Translations under genes and position numbers: made by a program
Part shown: positions 13,001-25,788 of the stretch, piece after piece
Layout: each line of letters starts with the position of its first letter
Position numbering within the stretch: position 1 is the first letter of the stretch
NCBI GenBank assembly: GCA_950097015.1
Contig: CATNEN010000038.1
Coordinates: forward strand, 9,114,001 to 9,178,000
Origin: Macrostomum hystrix
Lineage: Eukaryota; Animalia; Platyhelminthes
Direction of reading: 5' to 3'
Length of the DNA: 64,000 bases
Notes under the pieces: model-generated
What the model saw: the letters and a program-made list of their open reading frames with translations, nothing else
What the model was told of the DNA's origin: nothing
Database searches by the model: none

Positions 13001-15506
13001 CTTTCCACTAGTGTCATTGCCTCACCTGACCTTTCCACTAGTGTCATTGCCTCACCTGACCTTTCTACTAGTGTCATTGCCTCACCTGACCTTTCCACTT
13101 GTGTGATTGCCTCACCTGACCTTTCCACTAGTGTCATTGCCTCACCTGACCTTTCCACTAGTGTCATTGCCTCACCTGACCTTTCCACTTGTGTGATTGC
13201 CTCACCTGACCTTTCCACTAGTGTCATTGCCTCACCTGACCTTTCCACTAGTGTCATTGCCTCACCTGACCTTTCTACTAGTGTCATTGCCTCACCTGAC
13301 CTTTCCACTAGTGTCATTGCCTCAGCTGACCTTTCCACTAGTGTCATTGCCTCACCTGACCTTTCCACTAGTGTGATTGCCTCACCTGACCTTTTAACTA
13401 GTGTCATTACCTCACCTGACCTTTCCACTAGTGTCATTGCCTCAGCTGACCTTTCCACTAGTGTCATTGCCTCACCTGACCTTTCCACTAGTGTGATTGC
13501 CTCACCTGACCTTTTAACTAGTGTCATTACCTCACCTGACCTTTCCAAACGAGACATCACATCACGTGACATCATGACCTCACCAAACCTTTCCGAATTT
13601 GACATAAGACATAAAGTCACCTGACCTTTCCTCTTGTGTCATAACCTCACATGACCTTTCCTCTGGTCATAACCTCACCTGACCTTTCCTCTGGTCATAA
13701 CCTCACCTGACCTTTCCTCTGGTCATAACCTCACCTGACCTTTCCTCTTGAGTCATACCCTCACGGACCTTTCCTCTGGTCATAACCTCACCTGACCTTT
13801 CCTCTGGTCATAACCTCACCTGACCTTTCCTCTGGTCATAACCTCACCTGACCTTTCCTCTGGTCATAACCTCACCTGACCTTTCCTCTGGTCATAACCT
13901 CACCTGACCTTTCCTCTTGAGTCATACCCTCACGGACCTTTCCTCTGGTCATAACCTCACCTGACCTTTCCTCTGGTCATAACCTCACCTGACCTTTCCT
14001 CTGGTCATAACCTCACCTGACCTTTCCTCTGGTCATAACCTCACCTGACCTTTCCTCTGGTCATAACCTCACCTGACCTTTCCTCTGGTCATAACCTCAC
14101 CTGACCTTTCCTCTTGAGTCATACCCTCACGGACCTTTCCTCTGGTCATAACCTCACCTGACCTTTCCTCTGGTCATAACCTCACCTGACCTTTCCTCTG
14201 GTCATAACCTCACCTGACCTTTCCTCTTGAGTCATACCCTCACGGACCTTTCCTCTTGTGCCATACCCTCACGGACCTTTCCTCTTGTGTCATACCCTCA
14301 CGGACCTTTCCACTTGAATCGCAAGCGAATCAGACGCCACCTTGCCCGCAGTTCACCTATCCCGGTTGGCCGCCAAATCTATACTGGGCGCTGGTTGACG
14401 CCGGCCAGTCCACTCCGCCAAAGGACTGGCAGCCACCGTCGCTGCAGTCCGGCGGCCTCGACCCGGCCTCCCTGGCCTACGTCGAGTACGCCTGGGGCCG
14501 CGACGGCTCTGTCCGCGGAGTCTGCGTCACGCGTGGCGCTGTCCTGGCGCACACGCGCTCTCTCGGCGTGGCCTGCGGCTACGCTAGCGGCGAGTCGCTA
14601 ATCTGCCTTGTCGATCCCAAGCGGGAGCTCGGCTTGTGGCACGCCATCTTGGCTGCGGCTTATTACGGAATGAGCGTCGTATTCGTGCCCTACGCTGTCA
14701 TGAAGCAGGATCCGTCCTGCTGGCTGCGCCTGGTTGCTAAGCAACGCATTGGCGTCGCCTTGGCCAAGTCTCGAGATCTGTACTGGTCATTGCTGACTCA
14801 GCGTGATCATCGGGATGTGAATCTCAGCTCCCTCCGCTGCCTGCTGGTGGCTGACGGCGCCAATCCGTGGTCGCTGACCTCCTGCGACTCGTTTCTCACA
14901 GTCTTCCAGCCCAGAGGACTGCGGGCTGAGGCTCTGTGCCCCTGCGCCTATTCCTGCGAGTCCCTCACGGTCTCCCTGCGCCGCCCGGCTGGCTCCGGCG
15001 CTGCCACCAGCGGCCGCGGCGTCCTCAGCATGCTCGGCCTGAGCCACGGTGTTGTCCGGGTGGACTCTGAGAACTCCTACACCTCCTTGACGCTCCAGGA
15101 CTGCGGCCTAGTTATGCCCGCGGCCGCTGTGGCCGTTGTCCGCCTTGCTCCGGCGCCGCCCTATCTCTGCAGGCAGGACGAGGTCGGCGAGATCTGCGTC
15201 TCGGCCAGGTATGCCGCGCACAAGTACTGGGGCCTGGCCGGCCTCAGCAACCAGGTGTTCCGCTGCCAGCCGCTACAGGCTGCCACCGGGGCGCCTATCT
15301 CTGAGAGAGACGTCTTTGTGCGGACCGGACTGCTCGGCTTCCTTGGGCCGCCCTCCTCTGTGAGTTTCTGTCGGCCTTTCTGCCTGTCGGCCTGTCTGTC
15401 GGCCTGTCAGTTTGTCTGTCAGCCTGTCTGTCAGGCTGTCAGTCAGCCTGTCTGTCAGTCTGTCAGCCTGTCTGTCAGCCTGTCTGTTAGCCTGTCTGTC
15501 TGTCTC

Positions 15507-15537
<31 letters not shown>

Positions 15538-18500
15538 GCCTGCTTGTCAGTCAGTCTGTCAGCCTGTCAGTCAGTCTGTCAGTCTGTCAGCCTGTCTGTC
15601 AGGCTGTCAGTCAGCCTGTCTGTCAGTCTGTCAGCCTGTCTGTCAGCCTGTCTGTTAGCCTGTCTGTCAGTCTGTCTGCCTGCCTGTCAGTCAGTCTGTC
15701 AGGCTGTCAGTCAGTCTGTCAGCCTGTCTGTCCGCCTGTCTGTCTGTCTGTCTGTCTGTACGTCAGCCTGTCTGTCTGGCCATCTCTAGTACGACGTTGA
15801 TTGCTTTAAGTTTTATTGCCGAAGTTGGTATGGTAAATTGTTGCTACAGCTAAGTTTGCAAGTTGATTGCTATCAGGGTCAATAGCGTAAACTCACTTCA
15901 CAAACTAAAGACTAAATATTCTGACCCGCCTTAGATCAAACCCACATCGGCAAGCAAATTTCATTGACCCATCTGTCTGCTCTAGCTTCTTCTCTGCTCT
16001 TTTCCTGACAGCCTGCTCATGCAACTGTCAAGCTGCTGCTGCTGCTGCACAAACTGTCATTATCTGAGTGTCTTCGCCCGCAGCACTGCTAGATACTTAG
16101 CGGAATCGTAAATACTCGTAAATACCAGTTTTCCTGTGATATTTCGCAGTTAATTTTCCTTATAAATCGTCCAGCCACCTGCAAAAGCAGAATAGTTTTA
16201 TCTAAACTGCTTCGTATGCGCCAGATAAGTGCAGAAGAATGAAAAGAGTTTCTTGTCGCTTTCCAGCACCGCAAAGAATTAAGACGGAGTTCATGCGCGC
16301 ACAGTTCTGCTTGAGGGCAAAGCTTGCCAATGCACAGCTGCCTCCCGCTGTGTCTCCCTCAGCGGGCATCTATTTGTGCTACTGGAATAAACTAAGAGAA
16401 TACAGTAGGTTTTCGCCTAGCGTTTTGAGTGTTGGACTCAAAAATAGACGGTCGGGAGTTCGATTCCCGACTGCTGTGAATTTGTTTGTGTACTTTAACA
16501 GTGGAAAGACCACAGGGGAGTATTTAAAAAATCACATTTTTAAATACCTTTTATGTATCTCCCAAAATATTCTATGGCGTAAACTCAACTGCTAACAATA
16601 CACGGGGTAACTGAGTTTGGGTATGGCGCCTCCCCCCCAGTCCATGGACTGAACAGTCACAGTCGTACAATAGTAACACATCTGGACCAGGTGTAATAAG
16701 AAATATCTTTGTTAGGGGGTCGGTGGCAGAGCGGTTATCGCGTTTGCCTCTCGCACCACGGTCCCTAAGTTCGATTCCACGGCGAGGCCACATTCCACGA
16801 CGGGGCGCAGCCGCGGAGAGAAGGCTTGAGGACTTGTCGTGCAATTTACGCCCTTGAGGGCCAACCTCCAAGGCACAGTAAAAAATGCACACTGCCTGAC
16901 GATGAGAAAGTCAGAGCAGATGTACACACCTGTGTGAGCGTGTGTGCTCAGGAGTCAGCGAAATGGGCAGAATTGCCTCCTCGCTGGCTGCGGGTCGAGT
17001 GTCACTAAATGATGACCCATTGCCCGCAGCCCTCCTGCAATAATAATAACTATTATTATTATTATCAATGCTTTAGTTAGCACTAGTTTCCCTAGTTCGC
17101 TACATACGAGTGCTAAATGTAAGTTTAACAGCGAACGAATTCCCTAAAAATCGTGTGTTTTTTATGTGAAGAACAATTTTCTGCTTTAGAAAATAAGCGA
17201 ACGCTTGATAGGAACGTATACAATGCATTTTTACTGTCCTTTAACTGGGACTTTGAACCATTGTGGACGGTACCAGCACTTGTAGCAAGTTTGTATATGC
17301 GTGTCCTCCTCTGACCGATCGCAACTTGCGCCGCCTCTGCCCTCCTCCCTGTCTGTCACGCAACCACAGAGGTTTAACTGCAGTCAGTCAAATGCGCATA
17401 CACGTATGTATTATAGTAGTTATAGAATAGCAAGTGCTTGAATTGTGCGACTGTGGAGTGTGAGAAATTTTCAAAATAATGCGAAAAAAATTACTCCCGC
17501 TATAAATTTGTTTGGCTAAGCGATGCTGTATGTTATATGTTTTCTAATATCTAACTAGAAGCCTACCAAAAAACCATTCATTAACCGTTGTGGGTTAGTG
17601 TTTTGCTGAAAAATGCTTCTTGCACCATTGCTACCAACAACTAGTGAAAGTGGAGTGACTGAACTAGACCAACAACTAGTGAAAGTAGAGTGACTGAACT
17701 AGATCAGCAACTAGTGAAAGTGGAGTGACTGAACTAGATCAGCAACTAGTGAAAGTGGAGTGACTGAACTAGACCAACAACTAGTGAAAGTGGAGTGACT
17801 GAACTAGACCAACAACTAGTGAAAGTGGAGTGACTGAACTAGACCAACAACTAGTGAAAGTGGAGTGACTGAACTAGACCAACAACTAGTGAAAGTGGAG
17901 TGACTGAACTAGACCAACAACTAGTGAAAGTGGAGTGACTGAACTAGATCAGCAACTAGTGAAAGTGGAGTGACTGAACTAGACCAACAACTAGTGAAAG
18001 TGGAGTGACTGAACTAGACCAACAACTAGTGAAAGTGGAGTGACTGAACTAGACCAACAACTAGTGAAAGTGGAGTGACTGAACTAGACCAACAACTAGT
18101 GAAAGTGGAGTGACTGAACTAGATCAGCAACTAGTGAAAGTGGAGTGACTGAACTAGACCAACAACTAGTGAAAGTGGAGTGACTGAACTAGATCAGCAA
18201 CCAGTGAAAGTGGAGTGACTGAACTAGACCAACAACTGGTGAAAGTGGAGTGACTGAACTAGACCAACAACTGGTGAAAGTGGAGTGACTGAACTAGACC
18301 AACAACTGGTGAAAGTGGAGTGACTGAACTAGATCAGCAACTAGTGAAAGTGGAGTGACTGAACTAGATCAGCAACTAGTGAAAGTGGAGTGACTGAACT
18401 AGACCAACAACTAGTGAAAGTGGAGTGACTGAACTAGACCAACAACTAGTGAAAGTGGAGTGACTGAACTAGATCAGCAACTAGTGAAAGTAGAGTGACT

Positions 18501-21500
18501 GAACTAGACCAACAACTGGTGAAAGTGGAGTGACTGAACTAGACCAACAACTAGTGAAAGTGGAGTGACTGAACTAGATCAGCAACCAGTGAAAGTGGAG
18601 TGACTGAACTAGACCAACAACTGGTGAAAGTGGAGTGACTGAACTAGACCAACAACTGGTGAAAGTGGAGTGACTGAACTAGACCAACAACTGGTGAAAG
18701 TGGAGTGACTGAACTAGATCAGCAACTAGTGAAAGTGGAGTGACTGAACTAGATCAGCAACTAGTGAAAGTGGAGTGACTGAACTAGACCAACAACTGGT
18801 GAAAGTGGAGTGACTGAACTAGACCAACAACTGGTGAAAGTGGAGTGACTGAACTAGACCAACAACTGGTGAAAGTGGAGTGACTGAACTAGATCAGCAA
18901 CTAGTGAAAGTGGAGTGACTGAACTAGATCAGCAACTAGTGAAAGTGGAGTGACTGAACTAGACCAACAACTAGGGAAAGTGGAGTGACTGAACTAGACC
19001 AACAACTAGTGAAAGTGGAGTGACTGAACTAGACCAACAACTAGTGAAAGTGGAGTGACTGAACTAGATCAGCAACTAGTGAAAGTGGAGTGACTGAACT
19101 AGACCAACAACTAGTGAAAGTGGAGTGACTGAACTAGACCAACAACTAGTGAAAGCGGAGTGACTGAACTAGACCAACAACTGGTGAAAGTGGAGTGACT
19201 GAACTAGATCAGCAACTAGTGAAAGTGGAGTGACTGAACTAGACCAACAACTAGTGAAAGTGGAGTGACTGAACTAGACCAACAACTAGTGAAAGTGGAG
19301 TGACTGAACTAGACCAACAACTAGTGAAAGTGGAGTGACTGAACTAGATCAGCAACTAGTGAAAGTGGAGTGACTGAACTAGACCAACAACTAGTGAAAG
19401 TGGAGTGACTGAACTAGACCAACAACTGGTGAAAGTGGAGTGACTGAACTAAACCAACAACTAGTGAAAGTGGAGTGACTGAACTAGACCAACAACTGGT
19501 GAAAGTGGAGTGACTGAACTAGACCAACAACTAGTGAAAGTAGAGTGACTGAACTAGACCAGCAACTAGTGAAAGTGGAGTGACTGAACTAGACCAACAA
19601 CTAGTGAAAGTGGAGTGACTGAACTAGACCAACAACTAGTGAAAGTGGAGTGACTGAACTAGACCAACAACTAGTGAAAGTAGAGTGACTGAACTAGACC
19701 AGCAACTAGTGAAAGTGGAGTGACTGAACTAGACCAACAACTAGTGAAAGTGGAGTGACTGAACTAGACCAACAACTGGTGAAAGTGGAGTGACTGAACT
19801 AGACCAACAACTAGTGAAAGTGGAGTGACTGAACTAGACCAACAACTAATGAAAGCGGAGTGACTGAACTAGACCAGCAACTAGTGAAAGCGGAGTGACT
19901 GAACTAGACCAACAACTAATGAAAGCGGAGTGACTGAACTAGACCAGCGACTAGTGAAAGTGGAGTGACTGATATTCGCACCTCAAACCCAATTAATCAG
20001 GGCGGCCTTGTTTTCGTCTGCGGCAGTCTGGAAGGCCTAATGACTGTGGCTGGCCGCAGGCACAACTCAGACGATCTCATCGCCACTGTTCTTGCCGTTG
20101 AGCCGCTGAAGTTTGTCTTCCGCGGCCGCATTGCCGTCTTCAGTCAGCGGATTCTGAATGACGAACGCATCATCATTGCTGCTGAGCAGCGACCCGACGC
20201 CAACGAGGACCAGTGCTTCCAGTGGATGTCGCATGTGCTGCAGGCTGTGGACAGCATTCACCAGGTCAGCTTTGACACTTTATGCTTGGGTAATTGGGAC
20301 TGACTCAATCCTGTTCTGACCTGATCATACAGTGGTCATTGGGACTGACTCAATCCTGTTCTGACTGATCATACAGTGGTCATTGGGGACTGACTCAATC
20401 CTGTTCTGACCTGATCATACAGTGGTCATTTGGGACTGACCCAATCATGATATGACCTAATCATACAGTGGTCATTGGGGCTGATCTAGTCATGATCTGA
20501 ACTGATCATAAAGTGATCATTGGGGCTGAACCAATCATGATCTAAACTGGTCATACAGTGGTCATTGGGGCTGATCTAATGATCTGAACTAAAATGCAGC
20601 CCAGTCATTTTAATTCGTGTGTGTTAATCTGATTAATGCGCTCAAGCCAGCCTACTCATAGTAGAGCAAGCGGCATATTCCCTCACTATTTATTTCTCTT
20701 TACCCATCACAATGACATCAAAGGTGGGCGTCTACTGCATCGCCCTGGTACCGCCCAACACGCTGCCGCGCAGTCCGCTTGGCGGAATCAACTCGCACGA
20801 GACCCGGCGCCGATTCGCTGCAGGCCAGCTGCACCCGGCCAACATCCTGATGTGCCCGCACTCCACCGTCACCAACCTGCCGAAGCCTCGCCTGCCAGCA
20901 GCCGAGCCGCTGTCCATGGTGCTCGGCTCCCTGGTGCAGGGCGCCAGGCTGGCCGAAGCCGAGGGTCGGCCGATGCCAGACGATGGCCTTCAGCAGGGTT
21001 GGTTGAGCCTTCCGGACACCCTGCGAGGTCGCAGCCGTGACCCAGATCAGCGCCTGTTCACGGTGCTGTCTGCTGGCAAATTGGCGCCACAGCTGCCCCT
21101 GCCGGAGCAGTTCCTGACTGCCCAGAGCCTGCACAAGCGGGCTGAGCGGCTGGCCGGCCTGCTTCGGTCGCGGCTGCCGCAGTTGCTCAGCTCCGATCCG
21201 CAGCAGCAGCAGCAGCACACGGTGGCCCTAATGCTGCCGCCTGGCCTAGATCTCATTGTGGGCGTCTTTGGCTGCTTTTACGCAGGCTGCCTCCCAGTTG
21301 CCGTCAGGCCGCCGCCTTCCTCGGCCTCTGCTGCGTCATCGTCAGGTTCGACACTCTCGGGCGCGTCAACAGCCGGCAGCGGCGGTCAGACATTGGGTCA
21401 TCACGGTCTGGCTGCCTGCCAGGCCGTCCTTCAGGCCAGCCGAGCCGCCCTGCTGCTCACGAACCAGGCCACCTCGAAACTGCTCAAAGCCCTGCTGCAT

Positions 21501-24343
21501 CATTACCAGTCCACCGCCTCCTGGCCGCCCGTTGTTGACATTGACGACAAGCGGAAAGTGGCCCAGCAGCAGGGCCAGCAGCCTCCGGTGCATCCAGACT
21601 CTGATGCCTACCTGGACTTCTCCATCAGCACCACCGGCCTGCTGTCCGGGGTTCGAGTCACGCACAGGGCTGCAGTGCAGCTGTGCAAGGCGGTGAAGCT
21701 GCAGTGCGAGCTCTACCCGACCAGGGAAATCGCGCTCTGCCTGGATCCCTACTCCGGCCTGTCATTCGCGCTGTGGTGCCTGTGCTCCGTGTACACCGGC
21801 CACCACACAGTGCTGCTGCCGCCAGCCGAGCTGGAGGCCTGCCCGGCCGCCTTCCTTTTGGCCGTCAGTCAGCGGGGCATCCGGGACGCCTTCTGCAGCT
21901 ACCCGGTGCTCGAGCTGTGCACCTCCCAGCTGGCCCAGCAGGTTGACTTCCTCAAGGTGAGCGCAGGTTGTCTTCTCTGTGCGAAAGTTTTTTTCGATAC
22001 ATATCGGTTATCTGTTATACAGCTGTGAAGGTGTTTTGGAGCTTTGAATGGTTTTTGAGAGGTTTGGAGTTCGAATCTCAATCCAGAGGGGTCAAAATCA
22101 TGCTTGAACTCCTTCGCCCGCAGCAAAAGCTGCAGGTCAGCCTGTCCAGTCTTCGGTCATTGATCGTTGTCGCCGAGGAGCGGCCTCGCCTGGGCCTGCT
22201 CCAGAGCTTCAGCAAACTGTTTAGTCCGCTGGGCCTCAAGGCCTCGGCCCTCAGCGCCAGCTTCGGCTGCCGTGTTAACGCCTGCATCTGCCTGCAGGGC
22301 GCTTCGTCACCGGAGTGCAGCACCGTCTATGTTGATGCGGCGGCGCTGCGCCAGGTGAGGGGATGTACAAGATGAAAGGGAGAGGTACATGTACATCTTA
22401 AGATAGAAGGGAGATGTACAAAATAAAAGAGAGATGTACAAGATGGAAGGGAGACGTAAAAGATAAAAGGGAGATTTAAACGATGGAAGGGAGATGTACA
22501 AGATGGGAGGGAGATGTACAAGATAGGAGGGAGGTGTACAAGATGGAAGGGAGGTGCACAACATGGGAGGGAGGTGTACAAGATGGGAGGGAGATGTTAA
22601 AGATGGGAGGGAGATGTACAAGATGGAAGGGAGATGTACAAGATGGGAGGGAGATGTACAAGATGGGAGGGAGATGTACAATATAGGATGGAGGTGTACA
22701 AGATGGGAGGGAGATGTACAAGATGGGAGGGAGATGTACAAGATGGAAGGGAGATGTACAAGATGGGAGGGAGATGTACAATATAGGATGGAGGTGTACA
22801 CGATGGAAGGGAGGTGTACAAGATGGGAGGGAGATGTACAAGATGGAACGTAGGTGTACAAGATGGAAGGGAGATGTACAAGATGGAAGGGAGATGTACA
22901 AGATGGGAGGGAGATGTACAAGATGGAAGGGAGATGTACAAGATGGGAGGGAGGTGTACAAGATGGAAGGGAGATGGACAAGATGGAAGGTAGAAGTACA
23001 GCAATTAACCAGCCGAGGCCCAATCGCATTGCAGGATCGGGTGCAGCTGGTGGAGCGGGGCAGCCCCGGCTCGCTGGCCCTGGCCGAGTGCGGCCAGCTG
23101 CTGTGCGGCACCCGAGTTGTGATCGCCAACCCGGAGACCAGGACTCAGTGCGCTGATTCTCACCTGGGCGAGATCTGGGTGGCCGCCGGTCACAGCGCCG
23201 CCGGCTACTGCGCGCTTCTTGGCAGCGGCATCGGCCCCAGCGGCGACTCCGACGCGGCGGCGACCGACTCCGGCAACGGCGTCAGCAACGGCAGGGATCA
23301 TTTCGACGCCTGCCTAGCGGCTGGAGGCGACACCAGCGTCAGGTACTGCCGCACCGGCTACCTAGGCTTCGTTAAGCGCACCGACCTGACGGCTGTGGAC
23401 GGATCTCGGCACGACGCCGTGTTCCTTGTCGGCGCACTGGACGAAGCCATTCAACTGCGCGGTCTGCGGTTCCATCCGGGCGACATTGAGGCCTCCGTGG
23501 TGCGCTGTCACCAAACCGTCTGCGAGTGGTGAGTGGCTGCTGGGATCCTCAGAGCACGAGAGTAAATCCCAAATATTGTCAAAACTCCCAGATCCCGAAA
23601 TGAAGCTTGAAATATCCTAGATCCTCAAATGAAGCATCAAATCTCCAAGGTTCTTAATAAGAAGCTTATCTCGCAGATCCCTAATTGGAGCTCAAAAAAC
23701 CCCAGATCCCCAATTGGAGCTCAAAATCTCCCAAATCCCTAAATGGGGCTCTAAATCTCCCGGATCCCTAAATGAAGCTCTAAATCTCCCAGATCCCCAA
23801 TTGGAGCTCAAATCTCCCAGATCCCTAAATGAAGCTCTAAATCTCCCAGATCCCCAATTGGAGCTCAAATCTCCCAGATCCCTAAATGAAGCTCTAAATC
23901 TCCCAGATCCCCAATTGGAGCTCAAATCTCCCAGATCCCTAAATGAAGCTCTAAATCTCCCAGATCCCCAATTGGAGCTCAAATCTCCCAGATCCCTAAA
24001 TGAAGCTCTAAATCTCCCGGATCCCTAAATGGGGCTCAAAATCTCTCAGATTCCAAAATCAATATCCCATTATTCAATCCAAATCCTCAGCGCCGTGTTT
24101 ACCTGGCGCTCCCTGCTGGTTGTCGTCGCCGAGCTAAACGGTAAGGAGTTCGAATCACTCGACCTGATCCCCCTAATCACGTCGTGCATCCTGGAGGATC
24201 ACCATCTTATCGCCGGCGTCATTGTGGTGTGCGATCCGCGGACAATACCGCTTAATAGCCGGGGCGAGAAGCAGCGAATGCACCTTCGCGACGGCTTCCT
24301 TGACGACAAGCTAGACCCTATCTACGTGGCCTACAATCTCTGA
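7019..24343 (+). CDS. DIP2: Disco-interacting protein 2 homolog (DMAP1-binding domain + two AMP-binding/acyl-AMP-ligase-like domains), 9 exons, ~1790 aa
   Basis: Exons 7019-7100, 8974-9372, 11438-12846, 14352-15359, 20001-20264, 20724-21956, 22124-22354, 23035-23528, 24091-24343. All introns are GT-AG and phase-consistent; total 5373 nt. Motifs: LPLDVRAKLAELELELSDGDITQKGYEKKRAKLL, SAKIQQL, DGANPWSL, RTGLLGF, GRRHNSDDLIATVLAVEP, KLQCELYP, and the C-terminus GEKQRMHLRDGFLDDKLDPIYVAYNL. Exon 1 is absent from the ORF track. AATAAA at 24701. Confidence 0.95.
8467..8735 (+). mobile_element. SINE family A, old CpG-decayed copy (DIP2 intron 1)
   Basis: Colinear with the copies at 16715 and 44716 (tRNA-like head, atttacgccc..ggccaa, gggcagaa..ggctgcgggtctagtgtca). 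Confidence 0.85.
9560..10310. repeat. 30-bp minisatellite (aaaatagttcaggtattcactcagatcccc), DIP2 intron 2
   Basis: Tandem array with a degenerate 5' edge. Confidence 0.95.
10950..11405. repeat. 20-bp minisatellite (aaccctgaatgtccaacctg), DIP2 intron 2
   Basis: Tandem array ending ~30 nt before the acceptor at 11437. Confidence 0.96.
12866..13560. repeat. 30-bp minisatellite (ctcacctgacctttccactagtgtcattgc), DIP2 intron 3
   Basis: Tandem array starting ~20 nt after the donor at 12847. Confidence 0.96.
13615..14312. repeat. 28/30-bp minisatellite (ctcacctgacctttcctctggtcataac), DIP2 intron 3
   Basis: Shares the core ctcacctgacctttcc with the preceding array; ends ~40 nt before the acceptor at 14351. 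Confidence 0.96.
15365..15780. repeat. Degenerate (ctgt/cagt/cagc)n tetranucleotide-based repeat, DIP2 intron 4
   Basis: Starts immediately after the donor GTGAGT at 15360. Confidence 0.93.
16405..16700 (+). mobile_element. SINE family B, degenerate/interrupted copy
   Basis: B-box ggagttcgattcccgact, body cccccccagtccatggactgaacag, tail cacatctgg..ggtgtaataa. Confidence 0.7.
16715..17065 (+). mobile_element. SINE family A, full-length tRNA-derived copy
   Basis: A-box GGTGGCAGAGCGG, B-box GTTCGATTCC, conserved body, 3' hairpin and (AAT/ATT)n tail. Confidence 0.9.
17633..19971. repeat. 35-bp minisatellite (ctagtgaaagtggagtgactgaactagaccaacaa), ~67 copies, DIP2 intron 4
   Basis: Tandem array ending ~30 nt before the acceptor at 20000. 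Confidence 0.97.
20293..20590. repeat. Degenerate ~46-49-bp tandem repeat, DIP2 intron 5
   Basis: About 6 units of ttgggactgactcaatcctgttctgacctgatcatacagtggtca, diverging toward the 3' side. Confidence 0.88.
22357..22995. repeat. 20-bp purine-rich minisatellite (agatgggagggagatgtaca), DIP2 intron 7
   Basis: Fills almost the entire intron 22355-23034. Confidence 0.95.
23585..24055. repeat. 57-bp higher-order repeat of alternating 29- and 28-bp monomers, DIP2 intron 8
   Basis: gatccctaaatgaagctctaaatctccca + gatccccaattggagctcaaatctccca. Confidence 0.92.
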
Positions 24344-25203
24344 GTGTCTTCTCTGAGGCAATTGTTGCCCAACTAACTCCCTCAAACAAAAAGTAATTAA
24401 CTGCATTAAATTAGCTGACAATATTTAGTTTACTATTACAAGGGCACTTCTGCGCTGTTAATGTTTATTATTTGTCCTACTATTTGCCTAGCAACAATTA
24501 TTCATGCGGATAGAAATCTGGACTCGTATTATTTATTATAATTTCCTCAGTCGCTTCTTCAAGTCTTTTGTTGTTAAGCCGGCGAGCGCCTTCAATATGT
24601 TAAAAGTACACCTTCAATAGTACCTCTTAAAAGTACATTTAGTGTATGTCGCTTTGTTTAGTTAATTTTTTCTGTGTACTTACAATTTACAATTTATGTC
24701 AATAAAATCACTGATTGCTTTCTTGATAAGTTTACTCACACACACATTGATCTTTTAATTATGTATATGAATACTTAAATCGTGCTTCTAAATCATTTTG
24801 AGCAGCATAATTAGCTGAGCATAGATTTATGATAGTTTGCATAAACAAACTTTTTGCTTCTTTTGCTTGCCATATTATTCGAGTGTTTTCTCTCTGCCTG
24901 TACCCCACTGTATAATATTATGCGCTGGTGCATTCTGAGCACCTCTGATTATACTCCTGAGTTAGATAAGATTTCTAATATTTAATTTATTGCTGATATC
25001 GATTTTTAACCTGTGGCGCTGCATTCGATGCCCGCCCACAACTACTCGCACTGCAATGTCAGTAGTGCGTTGCGAGCTTACACACAAAATGCACGCTTGC
25101 ATGGTCTTTCTGGTTTAATGAGCTTCATTTACAGTTACCGCTGGGACATTGCTGACTAAAATAGAGGTCGGGAGTTCGAATCTGAGCCCTCTTGATCCCT
25201 CCT

Positions 25204-25511
25204 AATGATGATAATAATAATAGCAAGAGGGCTGTCGGGAATTCTGTTCATTTCACTGACTCTTGAGCACACACGCACACAGATAACGTACGCAGGTACA
25301 CGCTCACACAGGTGTGTACAACTGCACTGACCTTCTCTCAGTGCACTCACTGGGCCTCGGAGGTTGGCCCTCAAAGGACGTAAATTGCACGACAAGCCCC
25401 CAAGCCTTCTCTCCGCGGCTGCGCCCCAAAGGACTGTGGCCTCGCAGTGGAATCGAGCTCAGGGACCTTAACGCGTTCAAGCAAACGCGTTAACCGCTCT
25501 GCCACTCACCC
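25204..25511 (-). mobile_element. SINE family A copy (internally deleted 3' hairpin), probable target-site duplication cttgatcc(c/t)t
   Basis: Reverse-complement match to family A; near-identical 10-mers at 25191-25200 and 25511-25520 flank it. Confidence 0.85.
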
Positions 25512-25788
25512 TTGATCCTTTACCACAACTCCAAATTATCTTAACAACAAACGAAAATACGAGCTACGTTTAAAAATAGTATAATTATTGTCCAATCGCA
25601 TGCATTCGTATGTGTTTATTAGTGAACGTGAAGGTATATGCAATCTTACTTCCCTATTTTGTCCTAGACACTGTAGGCGCCAACACATAATTTCTTTCCT
25701 TCCTCCTACTCATGATCACAGCCTCAATCGTTGCTAAATGTGCGAATTACAAATGCTTGGCAACCAAGGCCTGTATCGCTTGTTGGCT

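Noticed and set aside
16895-16915. CTGACGA..GAAA resembling a hammerhead ribozyme core in SINE family A
   Set aside because: No stem II or III can form in register; the segment folds better as a simple CTGAC/GTCAG hairpin.
17633-19971. 35-bp regular repeat superficially like a CRISPR array
   Set aside because: Units are contiguous with no unique spacers, the context is a eukaryotic intron, and there are no cas genes.
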